NCBI GenBank assembly: GCA_963742415.1
Contig: CAVULX010000003.1
Span: forward strand, 64,001 to 128,000
Reading direction: 5' to 3'
DNA: 64,000 bases
Origin: an uncultured Parachlamydiaceae bacterium
GTDB lineage: Bacteria > Chlamydiota > Chlamydiia > Chlamydiales > Parachlamydiaceae
How positions within the stretch are numbered: position 1 is the stretch's first letter; each line of letters opens with the position of its first letter. Below the pieces are notes generated by a model that saw nothing but the letters and a program-made list of their open reading frames with translations, had not been told where the DNA came from and did no database searches. The position numbers and the translations under genes are program-made. This document shows positions 8,848 through 18,465 of this stretch, one piece after another.

Positions 8848-10011
8848 TCACTCCTTTAGTGCTTGAGAAATTTTGCGCAGTTTTTGGGCGCAATCGACAA
8901 TGATCTCGATCGCGCTGTCCACCTCCTCTTCATTTGTTTCGCGAGAAAGGCTAAAGTTAACCGAAGAGTGGGCCAAGGCGGGCGGTACACCTGCAGCTTC
9001 TAAAATTAAGCCTATTTGCTGAAAGCTTCCCCCGCCGATACTAGCGTAAACACCTTTACGGTTTAAAGAAAATAGGAGAGCCTCGTTAGCGATTCCCGGA
9101 AAACCTATTGTTGAGCAATGGGGAAGTCTTTCCTCTTCTTTAAAGAAAACATGCGCATCGGGAAACCCTTGACGAACCCCTTCCTCTAATTTATTGCGCA
9201 ACCTCGCTACTTCCGTGCAAACAAGGTCTTGGCTATCCATTAATTCTTCAGCAGCAAGACCTAACGCGATGAGGCCGGGAATATTGTAGCTGCCTGCTCT
9301 TAATCCTGCCTGTTCAATTCCACCTAAAATGAAAGGACTGCATTTGATCCCCTCTTTAATCCACAGCCCTCCAGTTCCCTTTGGAGCATGTAAAAGATCT
9401 CCGTTGAAGGTGATAAAGGAGGCGCCCACTTCATTTAAATCGAAAAATAGCTTTCCAAGGATATGACTGGCATCCAAATGGAGGAGGATTCCCCGCTGCT
9501 GGCAAATTTTTGCAATTTCTGCGACAGGATGGATGACCCCCGTTAGACCGTTTGCCCATCCCAAAGAAATTAAGGCTGTCCGTGGAGTAATCGAATCGGC
9601 CACGATTTCTGCCGTCACATGCCCTTTTTTATCTACAGGGAGCATTTTTCCTATGCATCCCAACAGTTCCATCCGTCCAATGGCCATAATCGCTGGGGCT
9701 TCGTCGGCTGCAGAAGTCATCAACTGATTCTTTCCAGTGAGGCGCGTCACATCGAAATAGATCGATTGAATGACATGATTGATCGCCTCAGCCCCTGAAG
9801 AGGTAAAAACAAAATTATCCCTTTCTTTGGCTCCAAGCATTTTATAGATGGCGCGATAACTCTCAGAAAGGGCGGGGTAAAGCTCCTGCCCTTTTTGATG
9901 GGGTGCAGAAGGGTGTCCCCACCGGTCGGTTAAATAGGGCATCATTTTACTTACAGCTTGTGTAGATGGACGTGTCGTCATGCTGTTATCGAGATAAATA
10001 CCTTGCCGCAT
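8848..10011 (-). CDS. NifS/IscS-fold class V aminotransferase homolog with degenerate catalytic motifs
   Basis: IYLDNSMTTRP, WGHPSAPH, FTSSGAEAIN, ANGLTGVIHP, LHLDAS and APKGTGGL. Lies next to the NifU-like gene. Confidence 0.85.
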   Translation of the reverse strand: MRQGIYLDNSMTTRPSTQAVSKMMPYLTDRWGHPSAPHQKGQELYPALSESYRAIYKMLGAKERDNFVFTSSGAEAINHVIQSIYFDVTRLTGKNQLMTSAADEAPAIMAIGRMELLGCIGKMLPVDKKGHVTAEIVADSITPRTALISLGWANGLTGVIHPVAEIAKICQQRGILLHLDASHILGKLFFDLNEVGASFITFNGDLLHAPKGTGGLWIKEGIKCSPFILGGIEQAGLRAGSYNIPGLIALGLAAEELMDSQDLVCTEVARLRNKLEEGVRQGFPDAHVFFKEEERLPHCSTIGFPGIANEALLFSLNRKGVYASIGGGSFQQIGLILEAAGVPPALAHSSVNFSLSRETNEEEVDSAIEIIVDCAQKLRKISQALKE

Positions 10012-10018
10012 ATGTTTT

Positions 10019-10705
10019 TCAGGAAGTAATGGGTTCTTTAGTGTATTTGCCTGCTTCGAAATTGTAGATGATAGGAACACCTGTAGGGATTTCCAATTTC
10101 AAAACTTCTTCTTTTGAAAGGTTGTCTAAGTACATGATGATCGATCTTAATGAATTGCCGTGGGCAGAGACGAAAACATTTTTTTTTTCTTTTAAAAAGG
10201 GGACGATTTTCTCTTTAAAATAGGGGATCGATCGAGCTGCAGTCATTTCAAGGCTTTCCCCTCCAGGAGGGGAGATATCGTAGCTGCGGCGCCAAATTTG
10301 AATTTGATCGGAGCCAAATTTTTCTGCCATTTCGGCTTTATTCATCCCTTGAAGTTCCCCGTACATTCTTTCATTCAACTCCCAACAACGGATGACAGGG
10401 ATTGTGGTTTTTTCAGCCTCAGGGCTATAAATTTGCGCCCATTCTTCCAGTTTTCCTTCCCCGGGATGAAGCACCACGGGCACCTTGCCGGAGGAATGTT
10501 GACTCATCGCCAAAAAGGCCGTCATCTGCGCTCGAACGAGCGTGGTCGTAATGATGATATCGATTGGGATGTCCCGGATTTTTTTTCCCCCTTCTATCGC
10601 TTCTTTAATCCCCTCTTTAGACAGTGGAACATCAACCCAACCTGTAAAAAGGTTCAATTTATTCCATTTCGACTGTCCGTGCCGCATTAAGATCAGCTTG
10701 CTCAT
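10019..10705 (-). CDS. gpmA: 2,3-BPG-dependent phosphoglycerate mutase
   Basis: LILMRHGQSKWN..FTGWVDVPL, LNERMYGELQG and AHGNSLR. Confidence 0.96.
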   Translation of the reverse strand: MSKLILMRHGQSKWNKLNLFTGWVDVPLSKEGIKEAIEGGKKIRDIPIDIIITTTLVRAQMTAFLAMSQHSSGKVPVVLHPGEGKLEEWAQIYSPEAEKTTIPVIRCWELNERMYGELQGMNKAEMAEKFGSDQIQIWRRSYDISPPGGESLEMTAARSIPYFKEKIVPFLKEKKNVFVSAHGNSLRSIIMYLDNLSKEEVLKLEIPTGVPIIYNFEAGKYTKEPITS

Positions 10706-10873
10706 TTTTCCTCAGTAACATTTAACCAATCATACAATGGGGGATATATTTAGGCCATGGCAAATTCAAGGGGGAAGGAAGGGGGAGGTTTTTTTATTTC
10801 CTTGAACATTTCATGAATTTTTATTATACTTTTATTTTTTCTAGTAGCTGTAAATCAAAAATTTAGGTTTTCT

Positions 10874-11572
10874 GTGCTCAAAAAAAGATTAAGCAAATTT
10901 TTGGCCGCCGCCGGTTTTGCATCCCGCCGTGCTTGCGAAGAAGTGATTTTTGCTGGACGCGTCGAAGTCAATGGAGTTTTGACAAAAGTTCCTCAAACGC
11001 TTGTGGATGAAAACGACCAGATTGTTGTGGATGGTCAACCTGTGGGTGAGGAAGAAGGGAAGGTGTATTATATTTTAAATAAACCTGCCGGATACATTTG
11101 TTCTTCCAAAAGAACAAAACAAAGCAAAATTGTTTTAGATTTATTCGAAGATCAGCCTTACCGCCTTTTTACAATAGGCCGTTTGGATAGAGACACACAA
11201 GGATTATTGCTTGTGACAAATGACGGCCATTTTGCCAATCAGGTGATCCACCCCTCCTTTAATATCCATAAAGAATATTTGGCCAAGACAGACCAAGAAA
11301 TTACCGCTAACCATCTCGCGGCGATTTCTAATGGAACACTAGTCGAAGGGATTTTTGTCAAACCGATCAAAGTGACAAAAGTGCGTAAAGGAACCCTCAA
11401 GGTCGTCATCGGAGAGGGGAAAAAACGGGAAGTTCGCCATTTGTTGGCGGCAGCAGGTCTTACGGCTGATGAACTCACCCGGATCCGATTAGGGGGTTTG
11501 CACTTAGGGCCTCTTCCTGTTGGAAGTTGGCGTGTATTAACTGAAAAAGAGAAAAAACTGATTTTCCAATAA
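10874..11572 (+). CDS. rluB: rRNA pseudouridine synthase, RsuA/RluB family
   Basis: S4 domain (RLSKFLA..SRRACE), LNKPAGY, GRLDRDTQGLLLVTNDG and EGKKREVR. Confidence 0.88.
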   Translation: MLKKRLSKFLAAAGFASRRACEEVIFAGRVEVNGVLTKVPQTLVDENDQIVVDGQPVGEEEGKVYYILNKPAGYICSSKRTKQSKIVLDLFEDQPYRLFTIGRLDRDTQGLLLVTNDGHFANQVIHPSFNIHKEYLAKTDQEITANHLAAISNGTLVEGIFVKPIKVTKVRKGTLKVVIGEGKKREVRHLLAAAGLTADELTRIRLGGLHLGPLPVGSWRVLTEKEKKLIFQ

Positions 11573-11580
11573 GATCTGCC

Positions 11581-12753
11581 ATGAAAAGAAAACGTGCCCC
11601 TAAACCAGACCTGGAAGTTATCATCCCTTTGTTAATCAATCTATGGCGCCGTATTCATAAAGAATCGGGTCCAGCCGATCGGTTGCAAACCAGGGAATTC
11701 CGCCGGACTGTCGAAGCTATTCAGGTCCTTCAACAAGGTTTTGAAGGAGGGGAAAGTTTAATCGGTCAAGATTATTTCACGAAGCCCGATCTGCTTGGCG
11801 CTTACCTTCTTTATCATTGGGTCATCCATTATCAGCAAGGGTTATCTATCTTGGGAGAGCTTCCATTTATCCCCAAACGAGTTTTAGATGTGGGGAGCGG
11901 GCCGGCTCCTTTCGCATTCGCGGCTTTGCGCCACGGAGCACGCGAAGTCTATGCGACAGATCGCAACGAAATAGCTCTGGCATTAGGCGCTGAAGTTTCC
12001 GGACGTTATGGGATGCCCTTAAGTATTCGTAAGTGGAATTGTTTAAATGAGCCCCTTCCCATCGAAGGAAAATTTGATTTAATTATAGCTGCTCATTGCC
12101 TCCACGAACTATTTCCCAATTCCCGGCCAAGTTGGATGGGAGATCAGCATCGATTTTTACAATCTCTTTTAGACCGACTAACACCTCATGGATTTTTAGT
12201 TCTTGTCGCCCCCTCCCATCTGGAAGCAAATAAAAGGATCCTTATGCTTCGCGATCAGCTTGTAAAGGAGGGAACTCCCGTGCAAGCCCCATGCGTATGG
12301 CGGGGGGAATGCCCTGCATTGAAATCTGCGAATACCCCCTGCTATGCCCAGCGGGAAATGGAAAAGCCTTATTTGATTAAAGAGCTTCAGAGGGCAGCTC
12401 AAATCAACTTAAGTTCGCTTAAAATGTCTTATATTATCTTTCGACATCCCCAAGCTGCATGGCCAGAAACGGGTGAAAAAAGGCTTTATCGTGTCATCAG
12501 CCCTCCATTTGACAGTTATCAAGGAACACGTTATTACTTATGTGGTATCGATGGGAAAAAAAATCTAGGCTCTCATCTTTCTCCACCACCTAAAGAAGCA
12601 CGCTCTTTTGAATATTTGAGACGAGGCGAGCTTATTTCGATCGAACATCCACTGGAAAAGCCTTATTCCCTCGATATTATTGAAGGCACTATTTTAAAAG
12701 TTGAAGCCGCATGCGGCAAGCCTTTAACTGAGAAAGCCGCTGATTATACTTAA
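11581..12753 (+). CDS. Rsm22/METTL17-like SAM-dependent methyltransferase
   Basis: AYLLY, VLDVGSGP (motif I), FDLIIAAHCLHEL and APCVWRGECP..PC Cys cluster. Confidence 0.72.
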   Translation: MKRKRAPKPDLEVIIPLLINLWRRIHKESGPADRLQTREFRRTVEAIQVLQQGFEGGESLIGQDYFTKPDLLGAYLLYHWVIHYQQGLSILGELPFIPKRVLDVGSGPAPFAFAALRHGAREVYATDRNEIALALGAEVSGRYGMPLSIRKWNCLNEPLPIEGKFDLIIAAHCLHELFPNSRPSWMGDQHRFLQSLLDRLTPHGFLVLVAPSHLEANKRILMLRDQLVKEGTPVQAPCVWRGECPALKSANTPCYAQREMEKPYLIKELQRAAQINLSSLKMSYIIFRHPQAAWPETGEKRLYRVISPPFDSYQGTRYYLCGIDGKKNLGSHLSPPPKEARSFEYLRRGELISIEHPLEKPYSLDIIEGTILKVEAACGKPLTEKAADYT

Positions 12754-12773
12754 CCCTTTTACATTTATTTATT

Positions 12774-14585
12774 ATGGGGTTATCAAGACAAAAAAAGGAC
12801 TCTTCAACATCCAAGTTAGAAGATGCCATCAAAATTCTGACCGCATTCAACAACGAAAATGAACATACCGAAGAGAACTCCTTGCAAAAGACCATTCATC
12901 TTATGCGGGACTTTTTTGCAGCCCGTTTTTCAGATAAAAGCCGACAAGAAATCGCCCAAAAGAATCAGCAAGACACCTCTAAACTTCTAAATGCCATCGA
13001 TATTTTAAAAAGTCACTTTATTTTTTTAGAAAAATTGCTTCATGGGTCTCCTCAACAACAAAAGCTGGCGGCGTCTGCTTTAGCGGCCATAGACCGGTAC
13101 AATACCATCATTGAAAATGCACAATCCAAAAATTCCTCTTTAAGATCACGCATCGATGCATTTTTTGCTGAAAATAATGAAACTTTTCAAGCTAAAGATT
13201 TAGCCAGAATTCATCTCCCGCCCCTTGCTTCTTTGCAAAAGAAGTATGGAGCCAAAGAAAAATCGGAAGAATTTGTCCTCCGAAAAGTCACTTTGCAAAA
13301 GCTGACACTTCCCACCTCATGTCAAAAAAAAATTTTCCATTTGTCGCAAATGGTCGTCCCTGTTTTTCCATTGCCCCTCTATGAGAGATCGGACTTAAGC
13401 AAACAAGCTATTGAATTATTTCACATGAAAGCTATTTCTTTGATTGAAAAGCATGGACTCCTCTCGAATAGTGAAGCACGCGCAGCCTTGCGCAAAACAC
13501 CACTAAATATTGTGTCAGAGGATTCTGTTTCTTCATGTACAGCCTCTTGCACTTTGATTCCTTTCCCCGGCCACACGATTGCTGTCACCGGTTCATTTAA
13601 AAAAGATCCCTCTTCAGGAAAATATTCGATCCCCGATCCTCAAAGTTTTTTTGTTTCTTTTGCCTCCACTCAAACCGGTTTTCCTCACCCCTTGCAACAT
13701 CATGGAGGTGGGTTTCCAGATTTGCTTCCCCTCTTTCCACATGACCTGGATAAAATGCCCCTTTTTAAATCTTTGTATGAAAGAAAGCGAAATTTAGCTT
13801 GCATGTTGTTGAATGATGAGAAAATGATCGCCTACGCTAAGCATCTGATTTCTTTAAGAAGAGCCGTTTTTGAAGACCATTTTTCCCAATTCATCGAGTT
13901 GCACCAACAGTTATGCACCGCCATTGTCACCGCTGCGCCTGAAAGTCTTGTTCAAGAAAACATGACCCAAATAATACAACACTACTTTCAACGTTTGAAA
14001 CACCTGCATGCCCCCTTTGATTATTTAGCGGAAACTTATGGAATCATCCATGAAACCTTTGTCATCAGGCCTCTTGAAAAATTGCAACAGATGTGGCTTG
14101 AAGCAGATCCACAGTCAACTTTTGTACCTGAAAACATCTTTAAAAATGAGATCAATCGCAACCTTAAAGAGCTTCGCGATCAACACCAAATAGCTCAGTC
14201 CGAGCTCGAGCAAAGCGCGATAAATTTTATCGCCGGGTTTGGAGCGCTTTTTGGGATTTCTTGCTTACCGATTTTATTGCAGCAGTTGTCTGAAAGCATG
14301 AAATTCTCCCCTCCATTCTCCCCTCCATTGCTAAATGAATTTGAAAAGAAAATTCAAGCCGCCAATTTTAAACAACAGGAAGCCTTCTTGAATGATTTTG
14401 AGAATTCTTGCTTTGATGAGAATGGTGAAATTGTCTTTCACGAAGATGATGAAAATATTGGAAAGCTCAAAGATAAAATAGGAAGCCTTTTAGATGGAGA
14501 AATCAACCTTTTTAAAGGACCTTTGCATCCCTCTAGATTGGCTTCAGAGTTGGAAGCTTATTATCGAGACAGATCTGCTGATTGA
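12774..14585 (+). CDS. Hypothetical protein (603 aa)
   Basis: Long ORF co-oriented with the upstream genes. No recognised motif. Confidence 0.75.
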   Translation: MGLSRQKKDSSTSKLEDAIKILTAFNNENEHTEENSLQKTIHLMRDFFAARFSDKSRQEIAQKNQQDTSKLLNAIDILKSHFIFLEKLLHGSPQQQKLAASALAAIDRYNTIIENAQSKNSSLRSRIDAFFAENNETFQAKDLARIHLPPLASLQKKYGAKEKSEEFVLRKVTLQKLTLPTSCQKKIFHLSQMVVPVFPLPLYERSDLSKQAIELFHMKAISLIEKHGLLSNSEARAALRKTPLNIVSEDSVSSCTASCTLIPFPGHTIAVTGSFKKDPSSGKYSIPDPQSFFVSFASTQTGFPHPLQHHGGGFPDLLPLFPHDLDKMPLFKSLYERKRNLACMLLNDEKMIAYAKHLISLRRAVFEDHFSQFIELHQQLCTAIVTAAPESLVQENMTQIIQHYFQRLKHLHAPFDYLAETYGIIHETFVIRPLEKLQQMWLEADPQSTFVPENIFKNEINRNLKELRDQHQIAQSELEQSAINFIAGFGALFGISCLPILLQQLSESMKFSPPFSPPLLNEFEKKIQAANFKQQEAFLNDFENSCFDENGEIVFHEDDENIGKLKDKIGSLLDGEINLFKGPLHPSRLASELEAYYRDRSAD

Positions 14586-14586
14586 A

Positions 14587-14803
14587 CACAATAAAGAACA
14601 GGATATGCAAGATCGCCTGCGGCGCCAGGATACGCAGGATATAAACCAATTTTTTATCCTGCGTATCCCATAGGCATCAAGCTAAGTTAAGCCATTTCTT
14701 GCCAGGCTGAAAGCCTGGTAAAAATGGTTTTATCTTAGCTTGATGCCTATACCTGCTTATCCTGGCGCCGCAGGCGATCTTGCATATCCTGTTCTTTATT
14801 GTG
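14587..14803. repeat. Compound palindrome: CAGGAT/ATCCTG-type outer hairpin with a nested ~81-bp TIR element (14670-14750) that holds a REP-like hairpin
   Basis: Outer arms of ~50 bp are near-perfect. The inner 17-bp TIR is ATAGGCATCAAGCTAAG/CTTAGCTTGATGCCTAT. The core CCAGGCTGAAAGCCTGGT also occurs at 21723. Lies between convergent genes. Confidence 0.85.
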
Positions 14804-14808
14804 CTTTA

Positions 14809-17424
14809 CTAAGAATAATATTGATGGCCTTGAGACTGTTTTTCATTCGACTCAATTTTATTTTTCACTTTTTCTATCGCATTTTTGAAGTCCTTCTTAT
14901 CAACTATTGACATAGAAGCAAACTCAGTGGAATTATCGGGAATTTTAGCCTCCCTTAATCTTTTCAAAGAAGCCATCGAGGCAAGTTTGACAACCAATTC
15001 AATGTCGGCTCCTGACAAACCCTTGGTGCGGCTTGCTAGTTTTGTGAAATTTACATTTTCATGCAAAAGTTTTTGCTTCTTCAGCTCTTCCGAGTGTACT
15101 TTAAAAATCTCTTCCCGTCCGTTTTTTCGAGGAAGCGGGATTTTTACTTCCCTATCAAAACGTCCAGACCGTAAAACAGCAGGATCTAACAATTCTTTGC
15201 TGTTAGTTGTTCCAATCATTAGAAATTTATACTGATCAACGCCATCAGACAAAGTTAAAAATTGATTGACCACGCTATTATGGACAGGTGATCCGGAGTC
15301 TTCCTTCCTTTTAGAAAGGATTGCATCCATTTCTTCCAAGATAAGGACATGAATTTTATTTTTCATGGCATGCGCTTTAGCCAAATTAAAAATCTTCCTC
15401 AAATTTTCTTCCGATTGTCCGACCCATTTATTTAATATAGAGGGGCCGTTAATAACACTTAGCTGCTTATTCCCATCCGTACAGCCAATCATATCGGCGA
15501 TAGCGACTGCTAATCTTGTCTTGCCGCAACCCGGAGGACCTTCCAATAACAACCCCCGGACAGGCTGCAACCCCCTCTTTTTCATTTCATTTGGATAAGA
15601 GAATTGGGTCAAGATTTCATCGATAATTGTATCAAATTCCGTATCTAATCCTGCTAACTTAAATTCTTTAAGAATAGCTTTGGGATCCTCATAGAACCCT
15701 TTTTTACTATTCTCAATAACCACTTCCTCGCACTCGCTGCTAAATTCGATCTTGGTCTTTTCATTAATTTGGCCGAGCCTGTTGAAATTACTTCCTTGAT
15801 TTTTTATTTCTGCAAATTCAAGACACTCAATTTGAATTTTAACTTCCGGGTTTTGTTTGAGGTCTAACTTGATGACCTGCCCCTGTACAATCCCCACTTT
15901 GACCTGTTCACGAACAGCTTCCAATAACTCTTCTTCCGTCACATCTAATCTAACCCTATGCCCTTCTCTAAAAGTTCTTGGGACTACGGCAGCCTTTACT
16001 TTATCCAGAGGATGGAGTTGAGCATTTTCCACCAAATAAATCCCCAACTTAGGGTTGAGATTTATTTTGAGCTCGGTTCCATCCCTTATTATCCAACCAA
16101 TTTTTCCTTCGGAATTATTCCGATTGAATTTAGGATCAAAAGGGCTTCCTTTAATAACTTTAATATGGATATTTTTTTGCCCAAGAGAGATGACTAGCAG
16201 TTGCTGATTTGAAATCGGGGCTTGGATCTCAGATAATTTTTTTAGGATTTCTTCAGCATTGATCCAATATAACTTAGTGCTTGTGCTTTCTTCGCCCGAT
16301 TTGTCGACAATGGAAACCACTTCAAACAGGATCGTTTTTGCTTCTGTTACATTGCCTCTAATCCTAAGGTATGTGTTATGAGGCTTAAAAATAAATTTTT
16401 TTGTTTTATCCACAGGAAAATTTAAAATTGGGATCTGCGGATTTTCGTCTTGCATTACATCATAGATTTTATTCGGGGTGACAAATTTGGTAAAATATAA
16501 GCTGACATATTCTCCACTACGTAATTCAGACTTAAATTTATTTTTAAGATACATCTTTCCCCCATTTTCTGTGGCATTTTTTAATGCCAACTCCTTGAGG
16601 AAATTGTAGTCAAAAAACACGGGAACTTCTTCGGGATGATTGAGATGATAAGTTTTCGGAATCTTGACCACAAAATAGCATTTGGAGTCAGGCTCATCTT
16701 CGGCATTTTCACCAATCCTGACATCGGTACAACTTTTTTTAGGAAGCAGCTTGAAGTTTGTTTCCTCCTCTACACAGCCATACGGGAAATGGAAGTTGAA
16801 TGCATTCTCCTTGGCACCCATTTTTAAAATGGAAGCAACATACTTTCCGTCATTAAATGTAAAAAGGAATTCTTGCCCTCGAGCTACAATTTGATTTTTA
16901 AAAATCTCCCTCAAAGTTTTTGACAAAGATTCTTTTACTAAAACATCAGCTTCTTGGGGTATGGAGAGGCCTTCGTTAAATTTAGAAATTTCTATCGTTA
17001 TCGAACTCAATGGATGCACCGGGGTTTGCCTTGTGTAAAATGGTGAAATCCACGTGGAGGAGGACTTAGCGGGAAAAAAGCACGAGGCAAAACTCATTTC
17101 CTTGTTTTGCGTGACATTAATTCCTATGCAATCATCCTCCAAAGAGGGGTGGATGCAAGCGATGTAGACTTTATTCGCAACTTGCAGATGCTTGGGTTTT
17201 GCCATGTCGGTTTCATGTTTAAAAAGAGCCTCAAAAACAACTTTGGACATCCAAATCACATTGCGGGAAGCATCTTCAAAAGAAGGGAGCATGATGGCTT
17301 GAACAAGAGTTCCAATTCTTTCAATTTTTTCTTGAAGAGAAGCAGATTCCTGAGTGACGATAATTTTTGATTGATCTTTTTGCCAGATTTCTCCTCTTAA
17401 TGGTTTTACGCCTTGTGCTTGCAT
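14809..17424 (-). CDS. NSF/Sec18-like AAA+ ATPase (N-domain-like region plus a single D1 domain)
   Basis: AGLDTEF, RGLLLEGPPGCGKT, VINGPSILNKWVGQSEENLRKIF, HVLILEEMDAI, VHNSVVNQFL..DGVDQ and IGTTN..LLDPAVLRSGRFD. The N region FKNQIVARGQEFLFTFND resembles NSF. Confidence 0.8.
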   Translation of the reverse strand: MQAQGVKPLRGEIWQKDQSKIIVTQESASLQEKIERIGTLVQAIMLPSFEDASRNVIWMSKVVFEALFKHETDMAKPKHLQVANKVYIACIHPSLEDDCIGINVTQNKEMSFASCFFPAKSSSTWISPFYTRQTPVHPLSSITIEISKFNEGLSIPQEADVLVKESLSKTLREIFKNQIVARGQEFLFTFNDGKYVASILKMGAKENAFNFHFPYGCVEEETNFKLLPKKSCTDVRIGENAEDEPDSKCYFVVKIPKTYHLNHPEEVPVFFDYNFLKELALKNATENGGKMYLKNKFKSELRSGEYVSLYFTKFVTPNKIYDVMQDENPQIPILNFPVDKTKKFIFKPHNTYLRIRGNVTEAKTILFEVVSIVDKSGEESTSTKLYWINAEEILKKLSEIQAPISNQQLLVISLGQKNIHIKVIKGSPFDPKFNRNNSEGKIGWIIRDGTELKINLNPKLGIYLVENAQLHPLDKVKAAVVPRTFREGHRVRLDVTEEELLEAVREQVKVGIVQGQVIKLDLKQNPEVKIQIECLEFAEIKNQGSNFNRLGQINEKTKIEFSSECEEVVIENSKKGFYEDPKAILKEFKLAGLDTEFDTIIDEILTQFSYPNEMKKRGLQPVRGLLLEGPPGCGKTRLAVAIADMIGCTDGNKQLSVINGPSILNKWVGQSEENLRKIFNLAKAHAMKNKIHVLILEEMDAILSKRKEDSGSPVHNSVVNQFLTLSDGVDQYKFLMIGTTNSKELLDPAVLRSGRFDREVKIPLPRKNGREEIFKVHSEELKKQKLLHENVNFTKLASRTKGLSGADIELVVKLASMASLKRLREAKIPDNSTEFASMSIVDKKDFKNAIEKVKNKIESNEKQSQGHQYYS

Positions 17425-17496
17425 TTTTTGACTCCTTTGTCAAATCTACGTTACTATTTTTTATTCAAAGCAACATAAAATTTTTTTTAACTTACA

Positions 17497-18465
17497 TCAA
17501 TCAAGAATGCAATGATAAATGTGGCCTTCCTTGCCGAAAGTTTTTTTGGGAGGTGTTTGAGCACAGATAGGTTGAGCAAAAGGGCATCGCGTACGAAAAG
17601 GGCATCCCGATGGGGGATTTAAGGCCGAAGGGATCTCCCCTTTGAGGGCCATTCTTCCCATTTTTTCCTTGGGGTGTGACGGAGGAATTGCGGACAATAG
17701 AGCTTGTGTGTATGGATGTTTGGGAAAATGGAAAAGTTCTTCCGTTGGACCCTCTTCCATGACTTTTCCTAAATAAAGGACCAAAACACGATCACAAAGA
17801 TAACGAACAAGAGATAAATCGTGAGAGATGAATAAATAGGATAGGCTCATCTCTTTTCGTAATTCGATAAGCAAGTTCATCACTTGTGCTTGTACAGATA
17901 CATCTAGGGCTGATAAAGCCTCGTCTAAAACAATAAGCCGTGGCCTCAAGGCGATGGCTCTGCCGATGCACACCCGTTGTTGCTGCCCTCCAGAAAACTG
18001 ATGCGGATAACGGGTCATCATTTCGGCTGACAATCCAACCCGCTCTAAAACCTCAGCCACTTGCTCGATTTGCTCTTTTTTGCTGTGCACAAGTCCATGA
18101 TATAATAAAGACTCTCCAATATTATCTAGGATAGTTTTTCTAGGATTTAATGAGGAATAGGGATCTTGGAATACGATTTGAGCATGCAGCCGCATCTCTT
18201 TGAGTTGATTCCGTTTCATATGGGTAATATTTTGGCCTAACAGGTAAATTTCGCCTGCTGTAGGTTCGAGCAAACGGATGGCTGTGCGCCCTACAGTGCT
18301 TTTTCCACTTCCGGTCTCTCCGACAATGCCCAGAACTTCCCCTTCATGCATTTTGAAATCGATCCCATCGACCGCTTTAACACTCCCTACTTGATGCCGC
18401 AAGAGCCCTGCTGTAACAGGAAAATATTTTTTTAGATTTTTTACTTCCAATACGGTGTCTGTCAT
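17497..18465 (-). CDS. dppF: Oligopeptide/dipeptide ABC transporter ATPase
   Basis: GETGSGKST, FQDPYSSLNPR, FSGGQQQR, HPYTQALLSA and GCPFRTRCP. Confidence 0.92.
   Translation of the reverse strand: MTDTVLEVKNLKKYFPVTAGLLRHQVGSVKAVDGIDFKMHEGEVLGIVGETGSGKSTVGRTAIRLLEPTAGEIYLLGQNITHMKRNQLKEMRLHAQIVFQDPYSSLNPRKTILDNIGESLLYHGLVHSKKEQIEQVAEVLERVGLSAEMMTRYPHQFSGGQQQRVCIGRAIALRPRLIVLDEALSALDVSVQAQVMNLLIELRKEMSLSYLFISHDLSLVRYLCDRVLVLYLGKVMEEGPTEELFHFPKHPYTQALLSAIPPSHPKEKMGRMALKGEIPSALNPPSGCPFRTRCPFAQPICAQTPPKKTFGKEGHIYHCILD

Noticed and set aside
14301-14330. 12-bp tandem duplication (FSPPFSPP)
   Set aside because: Only two in-frame units, with no sign of a contingency locus.
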